Shown: positions 52,290 to 63,752 of the stretch, piece by piece
How positions within the stretch are numbered: position 1 is the first letter of the stretch
Layout of the letters: every line of letters starts with the position of its first letter
Assembly (NCBI RefSeq): GCF_004010195.1
Contig: NC_057719.1
Coordinates: forward strand, 19,145,347-19,209,346
Direction of reading: 5' to 3'
Source: Chiloscyllium plagiosum
Lineage: Eukaryota
DNA: 64,000 nt
Notes under the pieces: generated by a model
The model's database searches: none
What the model was told of the DNA's origin: nothing
What the model saw: only the letters and a program-made list of their open reading frames with translations
Translations under genes and position numbers: made by a program

Positions 52290-53460
52290 CACTTCCTCAC
52301 ACCCTACTTCTTGTAAGGAAACCATTCCAATTTCCCAATTTTTTGGTTTCCAACACAGCTTTTCTAATGGTGCCACTTTCCACAGGAGTGATTTTCATGC
52401 GCGTTCCTTTATGCTCAAAAGGACAAATTCCCACCAGTGCTCAGTAAATCTGACCCATTTCCCGCACTTCAATCTTCACCCCTTCCCCATCCCATGTGGA
52501 ACAATGATAACAATAAGGTCCTCCTTGTCCTCATTTGCAAGTGTATCCTGCCTCCTCAAGAGGTCACCCACTTTCATTTCAATCACCTTCAGCAAGATGT
52601 CATCAACACATCATCCAATCTCATCAGCATTCAGCAAGGACCATCCCCTGCATGACATTGTGGTTCTTTAGATCATTTCCATAACCTCAACAACCTCCCA
52701 CACTCCCGAACCAGCACCTTCCTTTCTAGGCACAGATGTAATACTAGTCCCTTTACCACCTCATTCCTCAGTTTAAAACCAAAACTTGTATACTTTTCAA
52801 TCCAGTCTAATGCATCTGCTGGTCACATTGTGATCTTGTGTACTTTGAGACCAAATGCTGACTAGGTGATTGCTTTGTTGAACATCTTTGCTCTGTCTGC
52901 AAAAAACAATCCTGACTTTGCTGTCTTTTACCATTTCAATGCATCAGTATGTGCTTAGGCCAACATCTGCAATGGCCAGCTGCAATGTTCCAGCAAAGTT
53001 CAATGCCTGCTGGATGAACAGCAACTAATTTTCTCCTTGATTCTCTTTCCTTCTTGATTCCTGAAGGCATTTTATAGCCTTCAGGAATCAAGCGTTCAAC
53101 AACTTCAGCCTACAAACATCCTCTACTTTGATTACAACTCTCCTCCTCTGTTCTTACTGAAATGTTTGCTGTTAGTAGAGCAGACTTATTTTCTGCTATT
53201 GACACCCACCAGCAACACTAACTCATCACTAATAGTCATTCTCTACTACCATTAGCACTCCCTTTGACTTTCATTGAGGCACCCATACCATCTGTTCTAC
53301 ATCCTTTGCCATCCCCTTTTTCTGCAGCATTAAAGAAATCCCATTTTTTAAAACCCCTTTAAAGGGAGGAGTCACATTGGTCTTGGAATGATAAATATTT
53401 ATCTCTCCAAACAGACCTGTTGAGTTGCTCTAACAATTTTTCACATCTCCAGCCCTCTCA
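52290..53460 (+). mobile_element. Old decayed PLE
   Basis: Collinear, diverged similarity to 51245-52285 (ETKC.LGDCFVEH). Confidence 0.55.
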
Positions 53461-53902
53461 GTAGTTCATGTCTACTTTGCTAATTGCTTCTTTCTATCGA
53501 CATATATCACCAGGACATTTGGATGCAAGAAAGGGAAGCAACAAAATAATCTAGGCAAAAGCACATGAAATCCCTGTCACTTATGACACACTCACACCAG
53601 TCTCAGACCACTTTTGCATCAATGCAATAACACCCTCGAGTAAAAGGTTGGGAGTGGAAGAAGGTAAGTGAACGGAACATTTCTTGTGTGCTCTTAATCA
53701 AAATTGTATGTTCTTTTTTCCTCCAAAGGTAGGTCTTTTCAAGAAAAAAAATCTCTGCTTACAGTAGGTATGATGCCAAAAGGATCTCTATTATTGAAGT
53801 ATAGTTGTCTTCATTTGAGCCAATGAACAAATATCAAACTGAGAACTGACAACTTTCAACGCACTTTTAGAATTAACCTTATCAAAAATTAGAATGTTTC
53901 AG

Positions 53903-54243
53903 GGAACCACAAAGTACAATTCTTCATTTTCAAGTGCAGGTAAAGAGATGAGTTCTCTAAACAACAGTATTGCTCCTGCAATAAATATCAATACAGAATT
54001 CCACGCCTGGGCACAGAGATTAGAAACTGCACAAAATGTGCTTGTATGTGAACAAAATATCAATGAGTCTCCTTTGATTGTCAAATCTTGGGATGATGTG
54101 CAAAATTTCCTTCACCAGAAGAATAAAGATCAATTCTTATCTTCACCTTATTTAATAAGAACACAGTACAAACTTTATTCCTTTCAAGTAATAAATCTCT
54201 AATTGTCAAGGTAAGGAAACAAGGGAGAATAACTGGCATCAAG
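53903..54243 (+). pseudogene. Dynein pseudogene exon near the C-terminus
   Basis: TEFHAWAQRLETAQNVLVCEQNINESP...FLSSPYLIRTQYKLYSFQVINL*; compare 'GVYVxGLxLEGAxWD...LxESxP...YxCPxY...FxVxL'. Confidence 0.55.
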
Positions 54244-55403
54244 GTAAGTAATACTGCATATTGCAGAGAAGTGCTGAGAAACTGGATGTCATCACAATGA
54301 ATTCATCTTCAGACTTGCAAAAGGTGCTGCTTTCAAGAGTTCAGTGATTTCAGAAACAAGTTTTTATGATAATATTCTTCTATAAAATAGAGTACTTAGA
54401 ATTCTTGGGTTTGTCAAGAGTTGCAATAATACTCGTGCTCAGATTTCTACAGTGTTTAAAAGCTTTGTAGAGTACACAAAACTCTAAGTCATTACAATGC
54501 AGTCATTGTCTACACTACAATAATTCAGGCTTGGTGCCTGTTCCAGGTAATCTACAAATCAAGTAGTTCTCAAAACAAATGTCAATCTGTGAAATGGTTT
54601 AACCACTGAAAACTGTACCAGTTAATTTTATTTCATGTATTTAGGGCAGAGATGGACACATTTTTAAAAACAGTAAGGAAACCACATGCCATGAAGACAA
54701 GGGGCAAAAGTGGAGTTCAGGATTCTTAAAATCAGCCACAATCTCATTGAATGGTGGAGCAGCCTCCTTCAGCTCCGACATCATAAGGTCTTTATGGTCA
54801 TTTACACTAAAACACAAGATAATCAGTAAATAGGATACACAATATAGCCTGCCTGGCACAAATTTTCATAGGAAGGTTCTTTATTTTGTGTAGAACATTT
54901 AACCAGTTACTTTTTACAAAAGCTGAATAAGTCATATTCTTAAGTGATCAGAATGTAAGGAAAATATGTTTACATATTCATATCACTAATAATTCAAATT
55001 TAAGTTTACAATATATTTCTTCTTTAAAAATAACATGTTCACAGTAAACTCCAAGCTACAAACTATAAATAAAGGTATAATGAAATCTTCTAGATTTTAT
55101 CAGATAAAATAACCTGGTATCCAGTGACATGCTAAATCATTGCCTGATATCCTGGGAAATCATGAGCATGAGTAGCTAATATTCTTTCGTGCAAAGCACA
55201 GGGGGACACCCCATTTGTCCATCTAGCAAAACTTGCTTCTTTCACTTCTAATATTTCTCAGGACTTGCAATTTTACATGTTGAAACTTCAAGATATTGTA
55301 CATTAATGTGTTAATTTAGTTAACAGAAAAGCAGCAGAAAGGTATCAATAACTTACTCCTGGATTGTGTATAAAGAAAATCAAACTTTAAAAATGTTTCA
55401 ATT

Positions 55404-55409
55404 TTTATT
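55404..55409 (-). promoter_or_regulatory. Candidate polyadenylation signal AATAAA
   Basis: First AATAAA on the - strand after the stop at 55559. Confidence 0.45.
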
Positions 55410-55558
55410 TCAGCAACGCAAAGCACAACACATAAAAGTCAACATAAAAATGAGATCTTTTTCTTAAAAAAAACTAATTTTCAGAACAACTTCATTGTAA
55501 AGAATCAGACTTTAATAAAAAGTAAAGCAGAGGACAATCATAATAAGATTGCTTTTTT

Positions 55559-55677
55559 TTAACATTTACTTAGGTGTTTTCTTTTCCCATGGCCTGTCAA
55601 AACTGAGGGAGAAGTTTGAGTGCCCATTTCAACCATCTCTACTTTCTTCAAATTCCTTCTTGCTTCCGACTTCTTGG
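55559..55677 (-). CDS. VRK1: Terminal coding exon of an intact gene, probably VRK1: (A)KKSEARRNLKKVEMVEMGTQTSPSVLTGHGKRKHLSKC*
   Basis: tctttctatttaaag| acceptor, phase 1, joins the 58540 donor in frame; TAA at 55559-55561; AATAAA about 150 nt downstream. The exon is well supported; the gene name is inferred from exon architecture only. Confidence 0.6.
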
Positions 55678-58226
55678 CTTTAAATAGAAAGACATCACAT
55701 CTTACTAAAGAGACAAATATTTCTGTAGATTTTTCAAAGACAGTTATTTTGTTGCTGCTCTCTCACTTTGCACAACAAAACAACCGAGGTAACAGGAACA
55801 GTTGAAAATTAAAGAGAAGCTACTAATTAAAGACAAAAAAAAGCAAACATCACCAACTAAAATCAACAAGATGAAAAGAAAAATAAATTGGCGACATAAA
55901 CATTTACAGAATATATGAAGGTTGGTTTCTTCATTTGTCAAAACTTAAACCATCACTAAATATCAGCCCCGAACCTGAAACTTGCCAAGGACACTGGCCC
56001 TGATTTTGAAACAAAACTGCCAATGCTATTACCAATCCTCTAACTGGCAGCAATTTCTGAAGTACACCAGGGGGAGTTAAATTTGAAATCCTGAAATTGC
56101 TGTCAGTAATCCTGTGTTTCCCCAAAGAATGCACTATTCAGACCTCCTCCCGTTCCCTCCATTCAGCCCCTCATTTAGTAATGGCAAACTAAATACATAA
56201 TTCTTTTAAAGTTCACATTTAAAGTTAGCTGCAAATCAATTCCATTTGAATGTTTAAAACATTTGTTAGCTAGCTATAATATTTAAAAATAAGTGGAAGA
56301 TTTCAGTGTTTTTCACTTCCTGGTTTGCTCTGAGAACATTTCAATGTGACCGGTTGCTTAGTGTGCTTGATAGGATTACCTTTCTGAAAGTGTTGGGGTC
56401 TGTATGACTTGGGACCAGGTTAAAACTTAAGTTGGGGCATAAGGTAAGACAGATTTTTGTATGCAGCGTGTTTTGTGGTCAGCAGCAAGTGCTATTGATT
56501 CATGTCAACCTCAAAATCCAGCTCATTATTCTTCTTTCTTTCAATTACTAATGAATATTAGTGCAGCTCAAAGGCAAAAACAATAAAGAAATTCTCCTCT
56601 GAATGGAAATTCTAATTGAGAGAATGAAACTTGCACTTTTTAGAACCTTACCTAGCTCTTGATGACAGTTTGTCATTCTGCAGAATATAAAGAATACAAT
56701 GCATGGTTTTCAGTTTGGTTTAAGTGTAATGTTTGGTTTTACAGTTCTGTAGATTAATTCACCAGCTATATACTTTAACTTTTTTAATATAGAAGAGTAC
56801 ATCCCCATTGTAAAAAGCCCTTCAATTGTCTATTGCTTCACATCTGCCATTAACAGACAACTCAGCAATATGTCTGCACGGTATTCTTAAATTTTGTGAT
56901 GGCTTACTATAAGCTTTAAAAACCTTTCAAATCCTCAACTTCTAAGTACCACACATTAAATATGCAAACTTCAATGAACCACAAGGATTATTAAATTCAA
57001 CATGAACCTGAGAAAATGCATAGATGGAATCTCCACATGTTTATTAAATTTTGTACAGTCTCCTTAAGTTTTGTTTACTGCAACAATGTCAGATTTTCCA
57101 CAGGTGGTAACTGTAAAAACTTAGAAAAATCACTCTTAAAACAAAGAAAATAATAAGCATCAAAAACTTAAGATTTTAATTTGGACATGGAAGAATTTAC
57201 TGAACAGCAAGAAATCAAATTACATATTTATGTACATTGCAAGTTACAGTCTATATAGTCAGCCAGTCTATGCTTATATATCTATGATGACACAGTAGGT
57301 GGTCACCTGGCCTGGAATCCATGCAAATTTCTATCCCAGCTCCCACACCTCAGATTCAAATCAGCTCCATTGTTCTACTCCAATTACATGGTACCTGTAC
57401 CTGTTATTTCTCTCAATTACCATCAGATGCAGAGCAGAAGTAGCCATTCAACCTGAGTCCCCTCCACTTTCCTATCAACTCTCAATTCCATTATGAATTA
57501 GAAATCTGTCAATCTTAGCCTTGAATATACTTAATAGCCCAGCCTTGACAGACCTTTACGGTCAAGAATTCCATGTATTTATCAAGTAAAAATCTACTTC
57601 TTATCTGACTTAAATAGTAGACTCTTCACTTTGATACTCTGGTTCTAAATACACCTACAAGGAGAAACAACCCCTCCTGCATCTATCCTATTGATTCCCC
57701 CAAGAACCTCGTTTCAGTAAGGTCACCTCTCATTCTCCTGAAATCCAATGCATACAGGCTATTCAACTCATAAGTAAATCCCTCTGTAGCCAAACTCCAT
57801 TCCATGTGAAAGTATTCATGGTTTCCAATTCCAACAGTTTCCTAGGTCGCAAGATCATTACCAATCCCTATGCAAATAAAGTTTTTTCCTATACACCCCT
57901 GTATCTCTTGCCAAAAATCTTTAATGTGTGTTCTTTAACGTTGACTCAGCTTTTTGTCTACTTCTTACCCATCTAAAGCCAACAATCTTGTACAGCTCTA
58001 TCAGATCAGTCCGCAATGTGTTGGGCTCCAGGGACAACGATCACAGTTTCCCCAAACTAACCTTGCAGTTTAAACTGGGGACAAAAAGTTTCCTCTTCAA
58101 CTGTGTTTTATTTTTTGTTGCATTAAAAGCATCGTTAACAAAAACTACGGGAAAAAGACAGAACATTATGCTGGATTTGTAGGGGCTATTTTTTACCAAA
58201 TGTCATAAGGGACCAAGATTTAGACG

Positions 58227-58450
58227 TTTAGATCAGAGTGGTGCTGGAAAAGCACAGCAGGTCAGGCAGCATCTGAGGAGCAGGAAAATCGACTTTTCGG
58301 ACAAAGGCCCTTCATCAGGAATGATGAAGGGCTTTTACCCGAAATGTCGATTTCCCTGCTCCTCGGATGCTGCATGACCTGCTGTGCTTTTCCAGCACCA
58401 CTCTGATCTAAAAACTGTGGTTTCCAGCATCTGCAGTCCTAACTTTTGCT
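58227..58450. mobile_element. Head-to-head palindromic family A element in the last intron
   Basis: Arms 58227-58317 and 58322-58412; 17-bp TSD accaagatttaga(c/t)gtt (58212-58228 and 58451-58467). Confidence 0.88.
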
Positions 58451-58539
58451 ACCAAGATTTAGATGTTAACTGACATGTCCAGCTGACAATTCAAAAGGGT
58501 CTTGACTGCCTCAACACCCCAGTTTTATTGTGTTCTTAC

Positions 58540-58630
58540 CTCTTGGAGATTTTCGCATTCTTTTTCCACCCTTTAACTCAGAATCAGAGGCATTGCCTTC
58601 ATGATCAACAGTCTTTGAAGCACATCGTTT
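58540..58630 (-). CDS. VRK1: Penultimate coding exon: KRCASKTVDHEGNASDSELKGGKRMRKSPR
   Basis: ttttttttaaag| acceptor and G|gtaaga donor; 91 nt, phase 0 to 1, starting K-R(CGA). As I recall it, the penultimate exon of human VRK1 has the same length, phases and start; this needs verification. Confidence 0.6.
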
Positions 58631-59849
58631 CTTTAAAAAAAAAGAAAGATATTGCTGGAGATCAATCATTGTCAGCAAAATTTTAGTCACTGTCTTTATG
58701 ACATTAAATTAATTAGACAACGCTCAGACAAACCGAGTGATCTGTGGATGAGCTAGTTTCTAGAAAATTAGTACAGGGGCTCAAAAGTTTGAAAGCAGTA
58801 ACACAAGATGGAATCTTGGGTAGTGTTGTGACATCAAAAGAGCTGGAGCTTACGCCAAACTGAAGTCTTAATAAGAAAGCTCTTACACTTACTCCTAACA
58901 AAAGCAGCTACAGTACTCAAAGTTTAATTCGAACATACATTAATAAAACTTCCAAAGCATATCACATTGATTTTCAAATTCAACTCAATAGATCAAAGCT
59001 CTCCTGCTATAGGAGGTTCATGATGATATACAAAGTGATAAGCACACTGATGGGTAGATTAAAAACAGCTTTACACACCAGGAGTAAAGCTACACTTGAC
59101 TAAGATGTGATGGAGGCTAATGATATGCAACATTTTCTACTTAACCTGTTCAGAGATATTATTACACACCTCAAGTGCTGGTCAGACCTGAAGCTAGGAC
59201 TCCTGATATCGAGAGATAGGGACACCACCACAGCACTAGAGCCTAGTAGTCCATTACGTTAAATAATTAGATTGTTAAGAAAACGAGTCACACAGTTTTG
59301 TAGCAGGATTTTAATTCCAAACAAAAGCTTTAAATGATCTGGTTAGATTGAGAAAGGTTACAGTAGATCGCTAAACCATGTTTTCATTCTCTCAAACCTA
59401 TTGGCTTTGACATTAAGAGCTTGGTTTTAGTCCCAGAGTGGGAACACAATGAGAAAATCATGTATTTGAGTAGCACCAAGCAGACCTGACCAATTTTAAT
59501 TGCTGGGCCACATTACCAGCTTCCTGAGCAAAATGGCTGGAAATCTGGCAAGAAGAGCAGCTGACCCACGTTCAGATGTGGGCAAACACAAACTTAACGA
59601 GACCGCAGCAGTATAGTTTGGCAAGACCATGGTGACTTTACCTTTTGAAAATAATTTTTTTTTTACTGAGCCACCAATGGAGATTTTAGTGCAGAAAACA
59701 AATGCTTGATCACAGAGGGAAGTTGAGGAGAGAACACAGCAGAATTGGAGATGTTTATGATTGGAATTCAAGAAGACAATTCACCAACTGTGGAGCAATT
59801 AAACTCAGGAATACACAGGCTAGAAATGTTGGAGGCAATGCTGAGGAAC

Positions 59850-61150
59850 AAGATATACATTTATTTGGAAAGGCAAGGGATAGTCAACATGGCTTTGTGC
59901 ATGGGAAATCATGTCTCACAAACTTGATTGAGTTTTTTGAAGAAGTAACAAAAAGGATTGAGGAGGGCAGAGATGTCATCTATATGGACTTCAATAAGGC
60001 GTTTGACAAGGTTCCCCATGGGAGACTGGTTAGCATGGTTAGATCTCATGGGATACAGGGAGAACTAGCCATTTGGATACAGAACTGGCTCAAAGGGAGA
60101 AGGAAAAGGGTTGTTTTTCAACTGGAGGCCTGTGACCAAAGGAGTGCCACTAGGATCAGTGCCAGGTCCAATTCTTTTCATCATTTATATAAATGATTTG
60201 GATGTGAGCATGAGGTATAGTTAGTAAGTTTGCAAATGACACAAAATTGGAGGTGTAATGGACAGCGAATGTTACCTCAGATTACAAAGGGATCTTGATC
60301 AGATGGGTCAATGGGCTGAGAAGTGGCAGATGGAGTTTAATTCAGATAAATGTGAGATGCTGCATTTTGAGAGAGCAAATCTTAGCAGGACTTATACACT
60401 TAACAGTAAGGTCCTAGGGAGTGTCGCTGAACAAAGAGACCTTGCAGTGCAGGTTCATCGCTCTTTGAAAGTGGAGTTGCAGGTAGATAGGATAGTGAAG
60501 GTGGCATTTGGTATGCCTTCCTTTATTGGTCAGCGTATTGAGTACAGGAGTTGGGAGGTCATGTTACAGCTGTACAGGGCATTAGTTAGGCAACTGTTGG
60601 AATATTGCATGCAATTCTGGTCTCCTTCCTATCGTAAAGATGTTGTGAAACTTGAAAGGGTTCAGGAAAGATTTACAAGGATGTTGCCAAGGTTGGATGA
60701 TTTGAGCTATAGGGAGAGGTTGAATAGTCTTGGGCTGTTTTCCCTGGAGCGTCAGAAGCTGAGGGGTGACCTTATAGAGGTTTACAAAATTATGAGGGGA
60801 ATGGATAGGATGAATAGACAAAGTATTTTCCCTGGGTGGGGGGAAACCTATGAACTGGAGGGCATAGGTTTAGGGTGAAAGAAAAAAGATATAAAAAGAG
60901 ACCTAAGGGGCAACTTTTTCACGTAGAGGATGGTACCTGCATGAAATGAGTTGCCAGAGGAAATGGTGGAAGCTGGTACAATTGCAACATTTAAAAGGCA
61001 TCTGGATGGGTATACGAATAGGGAGGGTTTGGAGGGATATGGGCCAGGTGCTGGCAGGTGGGACTGGATTGGGTTGGGATATCTGGTCGGCATGGACGGG
61101 TTGGATTGAAGGATCCGTTTCTGTGTTGGACATCTCTATGGTTCTATAAG
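59850..61150 (+). mobile_element. CR1 LINE RT and 3' end (intronic, antisense to the host gene)
   Basis: SQHGFVHGKSCLTNLIEFF...YMDFNKAFDKVPH...LEYCMQFWSP. Confidence 0.95.
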
Positions 61151-61840
61151 AGGGACGTGCAGAAATCAGAGTAATAGGGTGAAAGATATGGAATTATGGA
61201 AGGGCAAAATCTTGGAAGGCTTTAAAACTAAGGATAAGAATGTTAAAATTAAAGTATTGCTTGGGAGGGAGCCAATGCAAATCAGCTAGAAATGGGTGAT
61301 AGACGAATGGGTCTTGGAGCTTCTTAGGATACGGACAAAAGACTCTTAGACAAGGTCAAGTTTAGCTAGCGTGAAAAGGTCGAGAAGTAGCCGGGAGAAT
61401 ATTCAAGTAATGGGAACAAAGACATGGATTCAGCAGCTCATTAGACTCACTGCAACAGTACATATTTTGGTATCAAAATTTTGAATAAAGCAATGAGTCA
61501 GTAAGGTGGAAAACATCAAGTTCCAATTGATCTAGCAGGCTGCAAGAAGCAACTTGGTCGTGGAGAATAGTCTATGTTCAAAGAGTGAAGGCAACCATGC
61601 GTACGTTAGATTATCTAAAAATTCTTCTTCAAAACAATGATTTGTATCAAATTCAGGCATTTTCACCGACAAGCATTTAATACTGCTCAGACGTTCAGTT
61701 CATACAAGTAATATAAAATGCAACAAATCTGCTTCATTGCTATAGTTTGACATCTTTATAATCACTGTAAAGACCACATTTTTATTTTTCTTTATTTTGT
61801 ATTGTAATCAGTGCATCAAGTGTCTTATGAATAACCTCAC

Positions 61841-61914
61841 CTGATGTTTACCTACAGCAGCACTCTTACTGCACTGTTTCGGTATAAGCCCCAAAGGGTG
61901 CATTTTGGTTGGAA
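61841..61914 (-). CDS. Candidate (alternative?) exon xPTKMHPLGLIPKQCSKSAAVGKHQ
   Basis: ttttag| acceptor and CAG|gtgagg donor; open frame, phase 1 to 0, compatible with exon 58540-58630. Confidence 0.3.
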
Positions 61915-62466
61915 CTAAAAACACACATGGCTATTTGTTTACAAAGTCCAAAGAAAACTGCAACATTATACCTAACATGAATAAACTGAACTTTTAATAG
62001 TGGCTCAAAATCACTGCTCATCATTTGCTGGAGGTTAGGATTGTTTTAAAATTAATAACTCGTAGAACACTGAACTGCACTGATTTATACAATTTTAACC
62101 AGAGGAGACAAATGCAAAAGAAAATTCAGCACAACAATATCTCAAATAAGCAGGTTCAGTGCAATTGCTGCAACAAACTTGGATGTGGTCTCAAGGCATC
62201 TCCTTCAACATTTTTAGATGAAACAGATGCAATCACTGCAACATGTTGTAAAAAAAAAGAAACAGCAATGTTCTCATGCACTCAAGAGCATAAATGTAAC
62301 CACAGGCTAAAAGAGGCCATCATTTGGATCCATATTTGAAATGTGGCGCAGTCTGCCATCTCGCGTGGCTATAAACAATCTTGTGGCACAATTTTTAAGA
62401 GCAAGATGATTCTTCGCTCATGCCCTGGCTAATACTTCGACCCCAACTTACACTATTAACAGATTA

Positions 62467-62677
62467 AAAACCAAAAGAACTGCAGATACTGTCAATCTGA
62501 AACAAAAACATAAGTTGCTGGAAAAGCTCAGCAGGTCGGGCAGCAACTGTGAACAGAAATCAAGGTTAACATTTCAGGTCTGGTGACCAGTTCTGAGCAA
62601 GATTCACCAGACCAGAAACGTTAAACTTGATTTCTCTTCACAGATGCTGCTAGACCTGCTGAGCTTTTCCAGCAACT
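62467..62677. mobile_element. Head-to-head palindromic family B element (intronic)
   Basis: 15-bp TSD actattaacagatta (62452-62466 and 62678-62692); inverted arms. Confidence 0.82.
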
Positions 62678-63659
62678 ACTATTAACAGATTACTTGGTTA
62701 TCTCAATTCTTTGTGGAGCATTGATGTGTGCAAACTGGCTGCAGCAATTCCAACTTCAGAATTTGGCTGCACTTCAATAATGTACTTCAGTGGTTGTAAA
62801 GCACTTTGGGATCTTAAAAGCCCTTTATAAATGCAAGTTTCTTTTCAGTGATTCAGGTTATTTGCAGGAGTAACTGGATGAACCTTTATGTTTCCAAGCG
62901 TACCACATAGGATGTTCAAATGAATTTGTTGCTGGACGCACACAAACACAAGATGGACAGAAATCAAAAACATTAATGACTTCAAATAGAAAACAACCAG
63001 GGTTTTCATATCTCGTGTCTAAAACATTGAACTCCTTATCATAATGAAATGAATCCTGTAGCAAAAACTCAACTCACAAAGTGTCATCTTAGATATCAAT
63101 CTTTAATAAGGTTCTCCAAATTTGGTTGGTCATTGAACTTTATCTTTGTTCAAGCCACCTTTTTCAATATTCTTTATCTCAAGAATATTCTTTTCCTGCC
63201 AGAAGCAATATCCAATGTGTGCATGCCTCTGTACAAATTTTTATTCTGATACACCGTGGAAGTATTTTGACCAGACTTTCACTCCAGCTAACAAACAAAT
63301 AAATATGCCCAAATATAAAGCTCAGAAATACAGTTAGGAAAAATTGTTTCCTTTTTTGAACAGGACCAGTTAATGTTACTTCAATTTTAAGACATTTTAT
63401 ATGAAAACTCTTGATACATCATAACTGACACATTCATGAATGAATGCCCAATTCAGTGAACAGAATGAACATCAGAAAGATAATGAACAATAAAGTTACT
63501 GCATATGGTGTCAGGACTAATTTATGGCAACAAGTGCTTTGTAGATGATATCAAAAGCTATTTCAAGCTAACTGAATAGAATACCGATATACAGAAAACT
63601 TGCAATGTAAAATATAAAAGTAAATCAACTTTCATTCCTGGTTCCCTACGCTAGCTTAC

Positions 63660-63752
63660 ATTCTAAGAGGTCCCTTTCCCTCAGTACTGGCCCTTGCAAT
63701 TTCATCACATCTCTGTAAACTGCTGACCCACCTGTTTTTGTGCGATCTCTTT
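63660..63752 (-). CDS. Candidate exon: 93 nt (ERDRTKTGG...DLLE) or a 21-nt micro-exon 63732-63752 (KEIAQKQ)
   Basis: ttctttttaaaag| acceptor with two possible donors, CAG|gtgggt (63732) and AT|gtaagc (63660). An upstream exon end CAAG|gtaaga sits at 63997. Confidence 0.3.

Larger units (their letters stand above)
381..54243 (+). pseudogene. Decayed multi-exon dynein heavy chain gene (AAA3 to C-terminus), divergent DNAH/DNHD1-like; 5' part lies upstream of the window
   Basis: More than 12 non-repeat segments, many bounded by AG/GT sites, translate into dynein-like motifs in the correct domain order (see individual exons). Multiple in-frame stops and frameshifts. Manual motif comparison only. 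Confidence 0.75.
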
